Positions 11,279-19,072 are shown, numbered from the stretch's first letter. The stretch is DNA of 32,000 nucleotides from Dickeya dadantii NCPPB 898 (GCF_000406145.1 NZ_CM001976.1:3834955-3866954); one strand, 5' to 3'. Program-made: numbers and translations. The notes: generated by a model from the letters alone, not told the origin.

Positions 11279-11704
11279 TTATTCAACCAGAAGTAATTTA
11301 TAGAGGGGCGGGTTTTCTTCCACCATATCGGCGAGCGTGTAATTATCCAGTTCCTTCAGGAAATTCTGTACGGCCTGCTGCAGCACCTGCTTCAGGCGGC
11401 AGGCGGAGGTGATATGACAAAATTCCTTGCTGCAGTTAACCAACGACAGCGGCTCCAGCTCTCGCACCACATCCCCGATGCGAATGGTGGACGGATCACG
11501 GCCCAGCCGGATACCGCCGTTTTTGCCGCGTACTGCCATAACCAGCCCGGCGCGGCTCAGCTGATTGATGATCTTCACCATATGGTTACGTGAAACGCCA
11601 TACACTTCAGTTACTTCTGAGATGCTGGTCATTTTGCCCTCCGGCAATGACGCCATATAAATCAGCGCCCTCAAACCATAATCTGTAAAACTTGTTAACT
11701 GCAC
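11279..11704 (-). CDS. nsrR: Rrf2-family nitric-oxide-sensitive repressor NsrR
   Basis: 141 aa with a GTG start: (M)[52 protein letters not shown].... The three Cys ligands are present (C..C.....C in [13 protein letters not shown]). It lies upstream of rnr as in E. coli. Confidence 0.96.
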   Translation of the reverse strand: MQLTSFTDYGLRALIYMASLPEGKMTSISEVTEVYGVSRNHMVKIINQLSRAGLVMAVRGKNGGIRLGRDPSTIRIGDVVRELEPLSLVNCSKEFCHITSACRLKQVLQQAVQNFLKELDNYTLADMVEENPPLYKLLLVE

Positions 11705-12064
11705 AGAAACCTCTGGGTACCTTGCCGGACAGTCATACGACCGCCCCGAAAAAACGCGGACTGGAACCGGGATGGCGCTCGTTAGCCCTGATTCGTGCCC
11801 ATCATGTTCATTTTTTATCAGCAGATGATAAACCAGTGATCAACGTCGGGCGAGTTTATTTAGCGCCAACCGATCCTTTCCAAAGCCGAATTCCCCGAGT
11901 CCATGCATTTCCATTCACAAAAGATAAGAGAATCGTGCTTCCTAACATGCTGTTTCATCTGTTATGTTCTGAACAAAAATAACCCTACAACATCTTAACG
12001 TACGGCGAGCCCGGAACAGGCTCTGTCAGTGGTTTTTTGCTCTGCACACACTAGGAAATGAACC

Positions 12065-13651
12065 ATGCGTTTGAAAAATCTCTCCATCCGCACCGGTCTG
12101 CTAACATTGCTGACCGTCATCACCCTATTGTTACTGCTGGTCAGCGGTATGGGGATTCAGGCCATCAACAAAAGCCGTGCCTCCCTGACGGCGCTCAATC
12201 AGATTCAGGGAGAACAACTGGGCGCGTTGATGAATGGTTATAACCTGACGCTGCGGGCCAGAGCCTCCGCCACGCTGGCGGTGCGCAAAATCGAAATCGG
12301 TTTGCTGGATGTCGGCGTCAAAGAGACCGAAAAGCTGGAAGGCTATGTGCAACAGTCGGAAAAGGATATTCGTCAGTTCAACAGCGTTGAAACCAACGGC
12401 GAGCAAGAGCAGAAACTGGCGCAACAGGTGTTAAAAAGTTATCAGGACTACCTGAATCAGGGGCTAAAGCCGATGATGGACTCCCTGAAAAAACAGTACA
12501 CCGACGAATATTACACCTTGCTGGAAAACAACCTGACGCCCCTGAGCGACGCATTTGATAAATCCATCCAGAACTTCCGCAGCTACTCCCAGCAACTCTC
12601 CGCACAACATATCCAACAGGCCAATAGCAACGAACGGCTGATGCTGATGCTGATCGCGTTTGCCTGCCTGCTGTCCCTATCGCTGGTGCTGCTGGGTTGG
12701 CTGGCGTTGCGCCACATGCTGCTCAAACCGCTGGATCACGCCATTGAACAACTGGAACACGTGGCCTCCGGCGATTTGACCCGCCGCATTACCCAGGGGG
12801 GCAACAATGAACTGGGGCGGCTGAGCGACGCCATTGAGCGCATGCAGTTGGCTCTGCTGGATTCGGTCAGCCAGGTGCGTGACGCCAGCCACCAGATCGA
12901 TCAGGGCAGCCGTGAGTTGTTCAGCGGCAACCGCAATCTGGCGGAGCGGACCGAAGAGTCGGTCGCGGCGCTGGAACAGACCGCCGCCAGCCTGGAAGAA
13001 CTGAGCGCGACGGTGAAACGCAACGCCGACAACGCCGAGCTGGCGCATCAGTTGACCAATCAGGTTTCCGACACCACCGATCGCGGCAACGAATCCGTTA
13101 ACTACGTGGTGGAGAAAATGCGTGAAATCGCCGCCAGCGCCAAACGGATCAGCGATATTCTCGGCGTTATCGACGGCATCGCCTTCCAGACCAATATTCT
13201 GGCGCTGAATGCGGCGGTAGAAGCGGCCCGTGCGGGCGAGCAAGGCAAAGGCTTCGCGGTGGTGGCGGGCGAGGTGCGGAGTCTGGCGCAGCACAGCGCC
13301 CAGGCGGCCAAAGAGATCCGCACCCTGATCCTGGATTCGCAGTCCCATGTGTCGGAAGGGCTGGATCTGGCGGCCAAAGCCGGTACCACCATGGACGACG
13401 TGGCGGAAGAGATCAACCGAATCACCAGCCTGATGAAAGAGATCTCCTACGCCTCTCAGGAACAGCATCGCGGCATCGAACAGGTGAACATCGCCTTCAC
13501 CCAGATAGACAAAGTAGCCCAGCAGAATGCCTCGCTGGTTAAAGCGTCCGCCGACACCACCCAATCGCTGGAAGAGCAATCTCGCCAGTTGGTGCAGGCG
13601 ATGGCCATGTTCCGTATCGAAGACCACACCGCGCTGCTGCAGGCACGCTGA
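12065..13651 (+). CDS. Methyl-accepting chemotaxis protein with a four-helix-bundle (Tar-like) periplasmic domain
   Basis: Two TM segments flank a periplasmic region of about 160 aa. HAMP is present, then the conserved signalling hairpin [40 protein letters not shown]. Confidence 0.95.
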   Translation: MRLKNLSIRTGLLTLLTVITLLLLLVSGMGIQAINKSRASLTALNQIQGEQLGALMNGYNLTLRARASATLAVRKIEIGLLDVGVKETEKLEGYVQQSEKDIRQFNSVETNGEQEQKLAQQVLKSYQDYLNQGLKPMMDSLKKQYTDEYYTLLENNLTPLSDAFDKSIQNFRSYSQQLSAQHIQQANSNERLMLMLIAFACLLSLSLVLLGWLALRHMLLKPLDHAIEQLEHVASGDLTRRITQGGNNELGRLSDAIERMQLALLDSVSQVRDASHQIDQGSRELFSGNRNLAERTEESVAALEQTAASLEELSATVKRNADNAELAHQLTNQVSDTTDRGNESVNYVVEKMREIAASAKRISDILGVIDGIAFQTNILALNAAVEAARAGEQGKGFAVVAGEVRSLAQHSAQAAKEIRTLILDSQSHVSEGLDLAAKAGTTMDDVAEEINRITSLMKEISYASQEQHRGIEQVNIAFTQIDKVAQQNASLVKASADTTQSLEEQSRQLVQAMAMFRIEDHTALLQAR

Positions 13652-13667
13652 TTCTCATCCCTGCTTC

Positions 13668-13694
13668 GGCAGTGACCGCTCGCCGGTCACTGCC
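13668..13694 (+). terminator. Stem-loop after the second MCP gene
   Basis: Perfect 11-bp stem GGCAGTGACCG / CGGTCACTGCC with a 5-nt loop, 17 nt after the stop. The following tract (TTCCCTGCC) is weak. Confidence 0.55.
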
Positions 13695-13882
13695 TTCCCT
13701 GCCTAAGCGAATGTTCTGCCTTTTCCTGCCCGGTAAGCCCGCTCACGCTTTCAGTGCATGACGCACAACAAACGGGCGCGGCATGCCTGTTTTCGGCGCC
13801 AAACCATGCAACCTGCACAAGATCCCCCTATCCACCCTACTACCGCTAACCGCAAAAGCGGCACGTTCCTTGCTGTATTTTC

Positions 13883-13966
13883 AAAGACGTAGTTTCTTTC
13901 AGACGCAGTTTCAAGGACGTAGTTCAAAGGCGTAGTTTCAAGGACGTAGTTCAAAGGACGTAATTC
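13883..13966. repeat. Tandem array of about six 13/14-bp units (AAGGACGTAGTTC / AAAGGCGTAGTTTC) with a 27-bp higher-order period
   Basis: Read directly: AAAGACGTAGTTTC tt TCAGACGCAGTTTC AAGGACGTAGTTC AAAGGCGTAGTTTC AAGGACGTAGTTC AAAGGACGTAATTC. It ends 49 bp upstream of the PucR-family ATG. Confidence 0.9.
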
Positions 13967-14014
13967 CACGGACATTGCTGTTCCCCATGCCGGGGCGAAA
14001 CCAGAGGGACCACT

Positions 14015-14926
14015 ATGACGGCATTTCATCACAGGAACGGGCCTCATCATCATACCGAAAGTGACCGGGACCGGTGGCGAAGCGACTTTCTGCTCCAGTT
14101 GCTGACCTGCGATCGTCCTGATCTGCCTTTCCTCCATCAGCGTGCCGACTATCTGCAATGGCCGCTGGATAGGCCGCACCGGGTGACGGCATGGCGCCTG
14201 TCCGGGATGCCGTCGCTGTTTTCTCCGTCTTATTCCGGCTGCCCGGAAGCACAACTGCACGAGTCGCGCCGGCAGTTGCAGCAACAGCTACAGGCGCTCA
14301 TGTCAGGGGAATTGCCGCCGGTCACGCTGGGCGACCTCTGCCTGCTGGTGCTGCCGACCGACAGTCCGTTGCTAAGTCGGGGACACCAAAAGCTCACGGC
14401 ATTTCGTCAGGCCATCAACGCCGATATCGCGCCTCTGACGCTGTTTGGCGGCATCTCCGGCCCGGTAAGCGCAGCCGAGCACTACCGACGGGGGCTGAGC
14501 GAAGCCCGGCAGGCGCTTAACGCAGCGGAAAGCCTGCGCCCGGAAAAAGGCCTGTGCGACTACACTGATCTGGGGGTGTTGCAACTGCTGACCTCCGTCA
14601 GCGACCCGGCCTTACTCACCTGCTTTATGCACGATGCGCTGGGTAATCTGGTGGAGAATAACCGCAAGTCGCCCCATCTGCTGATTGAAACACTGGATGC
14701 GGTATTGCAGGAAAACGGTAATCTGATCAAGGCCGCCGAGCGGCTGGCGATCCATCGCAATACGCTGCATCAGCGTCTGCAACGTATTGAACAGCTGTCG
14801 GGCGGCACGTTGAACGATCCGCTGTTTCGTCTCAACGCCTCCGTCGCGCTATTAATCTGGCGCCTGTCAGGTTCGCAAACGCAGGGAACCGCCATGCCGT
14901 CGGTCAAGACAACATCACAGGAGTGA
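14015..14926 (+). CDS. PucR/CdaR-family transcriptional regulator (short form: linker/GGDEF-like region plus C-terminal HTH)
   Basis: The C-terminus LIKAAERLAIHRNTLHQRLQRIEQLSG is the PucR C-terminal HTH signature. RWRSDFLLQLL near the N-terminus resembles the family linker. A GAGGGA SD lies 6 nt before the ATG. An in-frame stop at 13961 precludes N-terminal extension. Confidence 0.72.
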   Translation: MTAFHHRNGPHHHTESDRDRWRSDFLLQLLTCDRPDLPFLHQRADYLQWPLDRPHRVTAWRLSGMPSLFSPSYSGCPEAQLHESRRQLQQQLQALMSGELPPVTLGDLCLLVLPTDSPLLSRGHQKLTAFRQAINADIAPLTLFGGISGPVSAAEHYRRGLSEARQALNAAESLRPEKGLCDYTDLGVLQLLTSVSDPALLTCFMHDALGNLVENNRKSPHLLIETLDAVLQENGNLIKAAERLAIHRNTLHQRLQRIEQLSGGTLNDPLFRLNASVALLIWRLSGSQTQGTAMPSVKTTSQE

Positions 14927-14928
14927 TT

Positions 14929-16179
14929 ATGAAAATTATCAACGCCGCCCTGCGTCATCAGGCCGGGTTCCACACGCTGCAACTGCAGGACGGCCTGATT
15001 GCCGCGATAACGCCCCAGCCTGCCTTACTGCCCGCCGCGCCGGATACCATTGACGCCGCCGGGCAACTGGCGATTCCGCCGCTGGTGGAACCGCATATTC
15101 ACCTTGATGCCGTCCTGACCGCCGGTGAACCGGAGTGGAACATGAGCGGCACGCTGTTTGAAGGCATCGAACGCTGGAGCCAGCGCAAAGCCGTGATCAC
15201 CCACGAAGACACCAAGCACCGGGCGCATACCGCCATCGGCATGTTGCGCGACCACGGCATCCAGCACGTTCGCACCCACGTCGATGTCACCGATCCATCG
15301 CTGGCGGCGCTGGAAGCGATGCTGGAAGTCAAAGACGAGGCGAAGGGTTTGATCGACCTGCAAATCGTCGCCTTCCCGCAGGAAGGCATCGAGTCATACC
15401 CGGCAGGCCGCCAACTGATGGAACGCGCCATCGCGCTGGGCGCCGACGTGGTTGGCGGCATTCCCCATTTTGAGAACACCCGCGAACAGGGCGTCAGCTC
15501 GGTGAAATTCCTGATGGACCTGGCGGAACGCACCGGTTGTCTGGTGGATGTACACTGCGACGAAACCGACGATCCAAACTCGCGTTTTCTGGAGGTGCTG
15601 GCGGAAGAAACGCGGGTGCGGGACATGGGCACGCGCGTCACCGCCAGCCATACCGTGGCAATGGGGTCTTATGACAACGCCTACTGTTCGAAACTGTTCC
15701 GCCTGCTGCGCCGCGCGGGCCTCAGCTTCATTTCCTGCCCGACCGAAAGCATCCACCTGCAAGGGCGATTCGACACCTTTCCCAAGCGCCGCGGCGTCAC
15801 CCGGGTAGCCGAACTGGACCGTGCCGGCATGAACGTCTGCTTCGGGCAGGACTCGATCAAAGATCCCTGGTACCCGCTCGGCAACGGCAACATTCTGCGC
15901 ATCCTCGACGCCGGGCTGCATATCTGCCACATGATGGGGTATCAGGATTTGCAGCGCTGCCTTGATTTCGTGACCGACAACAGCGCCACATCGCTGCATC
16001 TGGGCGATCGCTACGGTCTCGCCGTCGGCCGCCCCGCCAACCTGCTGATTCTGGATGCGGAAAACGACTACGACGCGGTGCGGCGTCAGGCCAAAGCGCG
16101 CCTGTCGATACGCCACGGAAAGATCATCATGCAGCGCGAACCGGAGCTGATTCGGTATCCGAGCTATCAACCGGCTTAA
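14929..16179 (+). CDS. codA: Cytosine deaminase (amidohydrolase superfamily)
   Basis: Collinear with E. coli CodA: PPLVEPHIHLD, SGTLFEGIERW, GIQHVRTHVDV, DLQIVAFPQEGI, VDVHCDETDD, RVTASHT, CFGQDSIKDPWYPLG. The ATG at 14929 is preceded by AGGAG, so it is preferred over the tracked GTG at 14923. It starts 2 nt after the regulator stop. Confidence 0.92.
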   Translation: MKIINAALRHQAGFHTLQLQDGLIAAITPQPALLPAAPDTIDAAGQLAIPPLVEPHIHLDAVLTAGEPEWNMSGTLFEGIERWSQRKAVITHEDTKHRAHTAIGMLRDHGIQHVRTHVDVTDPSLAALEAMLEVKDEAKGLIDLQIVAFPQEGIESYPAGRQLMERAIALGADVVGGIPHFENTREQGVSSVKFLMDLAERTGCLVDVHCDETDDPNSRFLEVLAEETRVRDMGTRVTASHTVAMGSYDNAYCSKLFRLLRRAGLSFISCPTESIHLQGRFDTFPKRRGVTRVAELDRAGMNVCFGQDSIKDPWYPLGNGNILRILDAGLHICHMMGYQDLQRCLDFVTDNSATSLHLGDRYGLAVGRPANLLILDAENDYDAVRRQAKARLSIRHGKIIMQREPELIRYPSYQPA

Positions 16180-16196
16180 CGCTATTCGCGCTGAGC

Positions 16197-16234
16197 GTGA
16201 CGAAGAGCCTATTGAAGCAGGCTCTTCGCGTCAC
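16197..16234 (+). terminator. Imperfect stem-loop after codA (terminator-like, no U-tract)
   Basis: CGAAGAGCCT / AGGCTCTTCG forms a 10-bp stem with an 8-nt loop. It is extended by GTGA/TCAC across a 2-nt bulge. No T-run follows. Confidence 0.35.
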
Positions 16235-16263
16235 TCGCGCAAGATAGAGCTCATTCAACGCTA

Positions 16264-16297
16264 TACATTCCACGCTACAATACATTCCACGCTACAA
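16264..16297. repeat. Perfect 17-bp tandem direct repeat (TACATTCCACGCTACAA x2), with a degenerate partial copy just upstream, in the fic promoter region
   Basis: 16264-16280 and 16281-16297 are identical. TCATTCAACGCTA at 16251-16263 resembles the core. The junctions create the -10-like hexamers TACAAT (16276-16281) and TACAAA (16293-16298). Confidence 0.9.
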
Positions 16298-16333
16298 AAT
16301 AGTGCGGTGTGATGCTGAAGGTCGGAGGATATC

Positions 16334-16954
16334 ATGGGACGATATAATGTTTTCAGCAGCGAAGGACAGTACGCGCAAGGCTCGGAAGATCAGGTGCTGA
16401 AAAACAAACTCGGTATTGCCGCCCCTGATGAAATTGACGGCGCTGAACTGGTGCTGCTGGAAAAACTGTACCATTTCGTCTTTGAAGACCACTTTCCCGC
16501 CAACCAGCCGTTGAGTGTCGACCTGATCAGGGCATGGCACGCGCTTTGGCTCGGCAACCTCTATGACTGGGCCGGTCAGAACAGGTCCGTCAATATCAGC
16601 AAAGGCGGATTCCTGTTTGCCAGTGCGTCACAAATCCCCAGCCTGCTTGCTAAATTCAACGATAAATGCCTCCCCCGATACACACCTTGCACTGGCATGA
16701 CACGCGATCGGTTGGTCGAAGCCATTGCGGTTATCCACGTAGAGTTGATACTGATTCACCCCTTTCGTGAGGGAAACGGGCGTATATCAAGGCTGGTAGC
16801 GGATGTGATGGCCGTTCAGGGCGGTTATCCCCCACTGGACTATCAGCCATGGGAACAGAACAAGAACCAATACATCAGTGCTATCCATGCCGGAATCGGA
16901 ATGGATTATGAGCCGATGAAATACTGGGTTAATCAGGCACTGACAGGCGGATAA
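16334..16954 (+). CDS. fic: Fic family protein (AMPylase-type, class-I-like: no internal inhibitory helix motif)
   Basis: Canonical Fic motif HPFREGNGRISR at residues 142-153 (nt 16757-16792). VLKNKLGI is present in the N-terminal region and the flap-like NISKGGFLFA upstream of the motif. A GGAGGA SD lies 6 nt before the ATG. I found no (S/T)xxxE(G/N) motif anywhere in the 206 aa. Confidence 0.92.
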   Translation: MGRYNVFSSEGQYAQGSEDQVLKNKLGIAAPDEIDGAELVLLEKLYHFVFEDHFPANQPLSVDLIRAWHALWLGNLYDWAGQNRSVNISKGGFLFASASQIPSLLAKFNDKCLPRYTPCTGMTRDRLVEAIAVIHVELILIHPFREGNGRISRLVADVMAVQGGYPPLDYQPWEQNKNQYISAIHAGIGMDYEPMKYWVNQALTGG

Positions 16955-17124
16955 ACAGCCAGATTCAGGTAAGCGAACTTATCCCGTTGCTCGTCCAGAG
17001 AAGAGGCAATATTGCCGGAAGACTGGCCGGTTTCAATGGCCGTCGATGTCGTCACAGTACGAATGATTTGCTCGCGAGAAGGCATCACATACTGCTCGTT
17101 CTGGCGCTTTTGGTTGACAGCCAT
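16933..17124 (-). CDS. Hypothetical 63-aa protein, candidate Fic-inhibitory antitoxin (VbhA/FicA-like S-x-x-x-E motif)
   Basis: A strong GGGAGGA SD lies 5 nt before the ATG (RC of 17122-17124). A perfect TATAAT (RC of 17151-17156) lies upstream. The protein is hydrophilic and contains TTSTAIETGQ (S27-x-x-x-E31). Its 3' end overlaps the fic 3' end by 22 bp convergently. The functional assignment is inference only. Confidence 0.55.
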   Translation of the reverse strand: MAVNQKRQNEQYVMPSREQIIRTVTTSTAIETGQSSGNIASSLDEQRDKFAYLNLAVYPPVSA

Positions 17125-17269
17125 ATCGTCCTCCCAATATTGGTCCGTTTATTATACATGCAACCTGGCATGAAGTAATCCTGCCCTGAAAGCAAAAGGA
17201 AACCACCCAAGTCTCTTTAGCCACATTGCCGTCTCCGGCAGCACATCATGACATTCACTGGCGCCCGGG

Positions 17270-18283
17270 TTAATCCGCATTGATCTCAGGCCGCAGCATC
17301 CCCTCCCGGCACCGTTGCTGGTAACTCTGTTCAAAAGTCTGCATACCGACCTGGCTGCCGGTTTGCAGCAGGCTGGGCAACTGGTGGGTTTTGCCTTCGC
17401 GGATCAGGTTGCTGACCGCCGGGGTGGCGAGCAGCACTTCAAACAGCGCCACGCGCCCGCCTTGCGCGCCCGGCAACAGTTTCTGCGCCACCACCGCCTG
17501 CAGGCTGGCGGCCAGTTGCGCGCGGACAAACGCTTTCTCCTCGGCGGGAAAAACGTCCACCAGCCGATCCACCGCCTGCACCGCCCGCCGGGTATGCAGC
17601 GTCGCCAGCACCAGATGGCCGGTTTCCGCCGCCGTCAGCGCCAGCCGAATCGTCTCGCTGTCGCGCAACTCGCCGAGCAGCAGTACGTCCGGGTCTTCGC
17701 GCAGCGCCGCCCGCAGCGCGCTGGCGAATCCTTCGCTGTGACGGCCGATCTCCCGCTGCTGGATCAGGCTGCGCTGGCTGGTATGCAGGAACTCAATCGG
17801 GTCTTCCAGCGTAATGATATGGCGCGCGCGGCGTTGATTAAGCGCGGCAATCATCGCCGCCAGGGTGGTGGATTTACCGCTGCCGGTGGCGCCGGTCACC
17901 AGAATCAGGCCATCGGCGCGCTCGGCCAGCTCCGCCACCACCGGCGGCGCGCCCAGCGTTCGCAGGTCGGGTTGGTGTGACGGGATCAGACGTAACGCCG
18001 CCGACAGGCCATGGCGCTGCATAAACAGATTAGCCCGTAACCGCTGGCCCTCCGGCAGCGTCAGCGCGCAATCGGTCTGCCCGCGTTGCCGTAGCTGCTG
18101 CTCGCAGGCCGGCTCCAGCCAACTGTGGCACCACTGTTCCAGTTCGGCGTTGTGCAACGGCGGCTGCGCGGCATCCGCCACCAGTTGCCCGTCGATACGC
18201 CAAATCGGCGGATGACCGCTGCACAGGTGCAGATCGGACACATTCTGTTTTACACTAGACCGCACCCATTCACTCACATCCAT
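17270..18283 (-). CDS. yggR: PilT-family type IV pilus retraction ATPase homologue YggR
   Basis: The internal Met of ORF 17270..18343 gives MDVSEWVRSSVKQNVSDLHLCSGHPPIWRIDG..., collinear with E. coli YggR. Walker A is GATGSGKST. Also present: REDPDVLLLGELRD and TGHLVLATLHT. A GGAGA SD precedes the start. It is divergent from yggS as in E. coli. Confidence 0.92.
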   Translation of the reverse strand: MDVSEWVRSSVKQNVSDLHLCSGHPPIWRIDGQLVADAAQPPLHNAELEQWCHSWLEPACEQQLRQRGQTDCALTLPEGQRLRANLFMQRHGLSAALRLIPSHQPDLRTLGAPPVVAELAERADGLILVTGATGSGKSTTLAAMIAALNQRRARHIITLEDPIEFLHTSQRSLIQQREIGRHSEGFASALRAALREDPDVLLLGELRDSETIRLALTAAETGHLVLATLHTRRAVQAVDRLVDVFPAEEKAFVRAQLAASLQAVVAQKLLPGAQGGRVALFEVLLATPAVSNLIREGKTHQLPSLLQTGSQVGMQTFEQSYQQRCREGMLRPEINAD

Positions 18284-18304
18284 TGATTGGTCTCCTGAAC
18301 CATT

Positions 18305-19039
18305 ATGACGATATCGACAGTCACTACATCGGTAGTCCAGCAAAATCTACAGGACGTTCGGCAGAGAATCTCGGCGGCGGCGGAACGTTGCGGGCGCGCG
18401 CCAGAAGAAATTACGCTGCTTGCCGTCAGCAAAACCAAACCTGTGAGCGCGATCGAAGAAGCCATTGCCGCCGGGCAACGCGCGTTTGGCGAGAACTATG
18501 TGCAGGAAGGGGTCGACAAGGTTCGCCATTTTCAGGCAGCTCAACCGGATACGCAGCTGGAATGGCACTTTATCGGGCCGTTGCAGTCGAATAAGAGCCG
18601 TTTGGTGGCGGAGCATTTCGACTGGTGCCACACCATCGACCGGCTGCGCATCGCCCAACGCCTGAGCGAGCAGCGCCCGGCGCATCTGCCGCCGCTCAAT
18701 GTGCTATTGCAGGTCAATATCAGCCAGGAACAGAGCAAATCCGGCATTCTGGCCCGCGACCTGTCGGGACTGGCCGCCAGCGTGGCACACTTGCCGAATC
18801 TACGGCTGCGCGGGCTGATGGCGATCCCCGCGCCGGAAACGGACCTCGCGCGTCAACTGGCGGTATTTCGCCAGATGACCGAACTTTTCCTGCAACTGAA
18901 AGCGGATTATGGCACTTTGGATACCCTGTCGATGGGTATGACCGACGATATGGCCGCCGCCATTGAGGCCGGCAGCACGCTGGTGCGAATCGGCACCGCA
19001 ATTTTTGGCGTACGTGATTACAGTTCACCGGCCAGTTAA
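18305..19039 (+). CDS. yggS: PLP homeostasis protein YggS (COG0325)
   Basis: EEITLLAVSKTKPVSAIEEAIAAGQRAFGENYVQEGVDKV...WHFIGPLQSNKSRLVAEHFDWCHTIDRLRIA...RIGTAIFG is near-collinear with E. coli YggS. Confidence 0.95.
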   Translation: MTISTVTTSVVQQNLQDVRQRISAAAERCGRAPEEITLLAVSKTKPVSAIEEAIAAGQRAFGENYVQEGVDKVRHFQAAQPDTQLEWHFIGPLQSNKSRLVAEHFDWCHTIDRLRIAQRLSEQRPAHLPPLNVLLQVNISQEQSKSGILARDLSGLAASVAHLPNLRLRGLMAIPAPETDLARQLAVFRQMTELFLQLKADYGTLDTLSMGMTDDMAAAIEAGSTLVRIGTAIFGVRDYSSPAS

Positions 19040-19072
19040 CCTTAACGGACAGACGAGAACAGCGAGAATCTG

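Noticed and set aside
11850-11876. Possible sigma-28 promoter for the second MCP (GCGAGTTT-N11-ACCGATCC)
   Set aside because: Only about 5 of 8 positions match in each element, and it lies about 190 nt from the ATG. It is not convincing.
11943-11956. NsrR half-site-like sequence AACATGCTGTTT upstream of the second MCP
   Set aside because: Only one half of the AAGATGCATTT-type inverted repeat is approximated, and the partner half is absent. That is too weak to call without a PWM scan.
11692-11982. 96-aa ORF and several mini-ORFs (e.g. the 31-codon Cys-rich MHFHSQKIRESCFLTCCFICYVL... starting near 11903) in the nsrR-MCP intergenic region
   Set aside because: They have no SD and no recognisable homology, and they lie in an AT-rich promoter-type region. 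They are most likely noncoding.
12007-12045. Hairpin GAGCC-CGGAACA-GGCTC followed later by TTTTTT, a possible sRNA terminator upstream of the MCP
   Set aside because: The stem is only 5 bp, and the T-run is separated from it by 9 nt. No upstream promoter or transcript evidence is available.
13751-14284. 177-aa minus-strand ORF spanning the 13/14-bp repeat array
   Set aside because: Its 5' part is antisense to the PucR-family gene. Its repeated LNYVLET segment is an artefact of the DNA repeats. It has no RBS and no homology.
16987-17178. 63-aa plus-strand ORF antisense to the candidate antitoxin ORF
   Set aside because: It has a TTG start without an SD and an Arg-rich, implausible sequence. 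The minus-strand ORF has a strong GGGAGGA SD and a TATAAT promoter.
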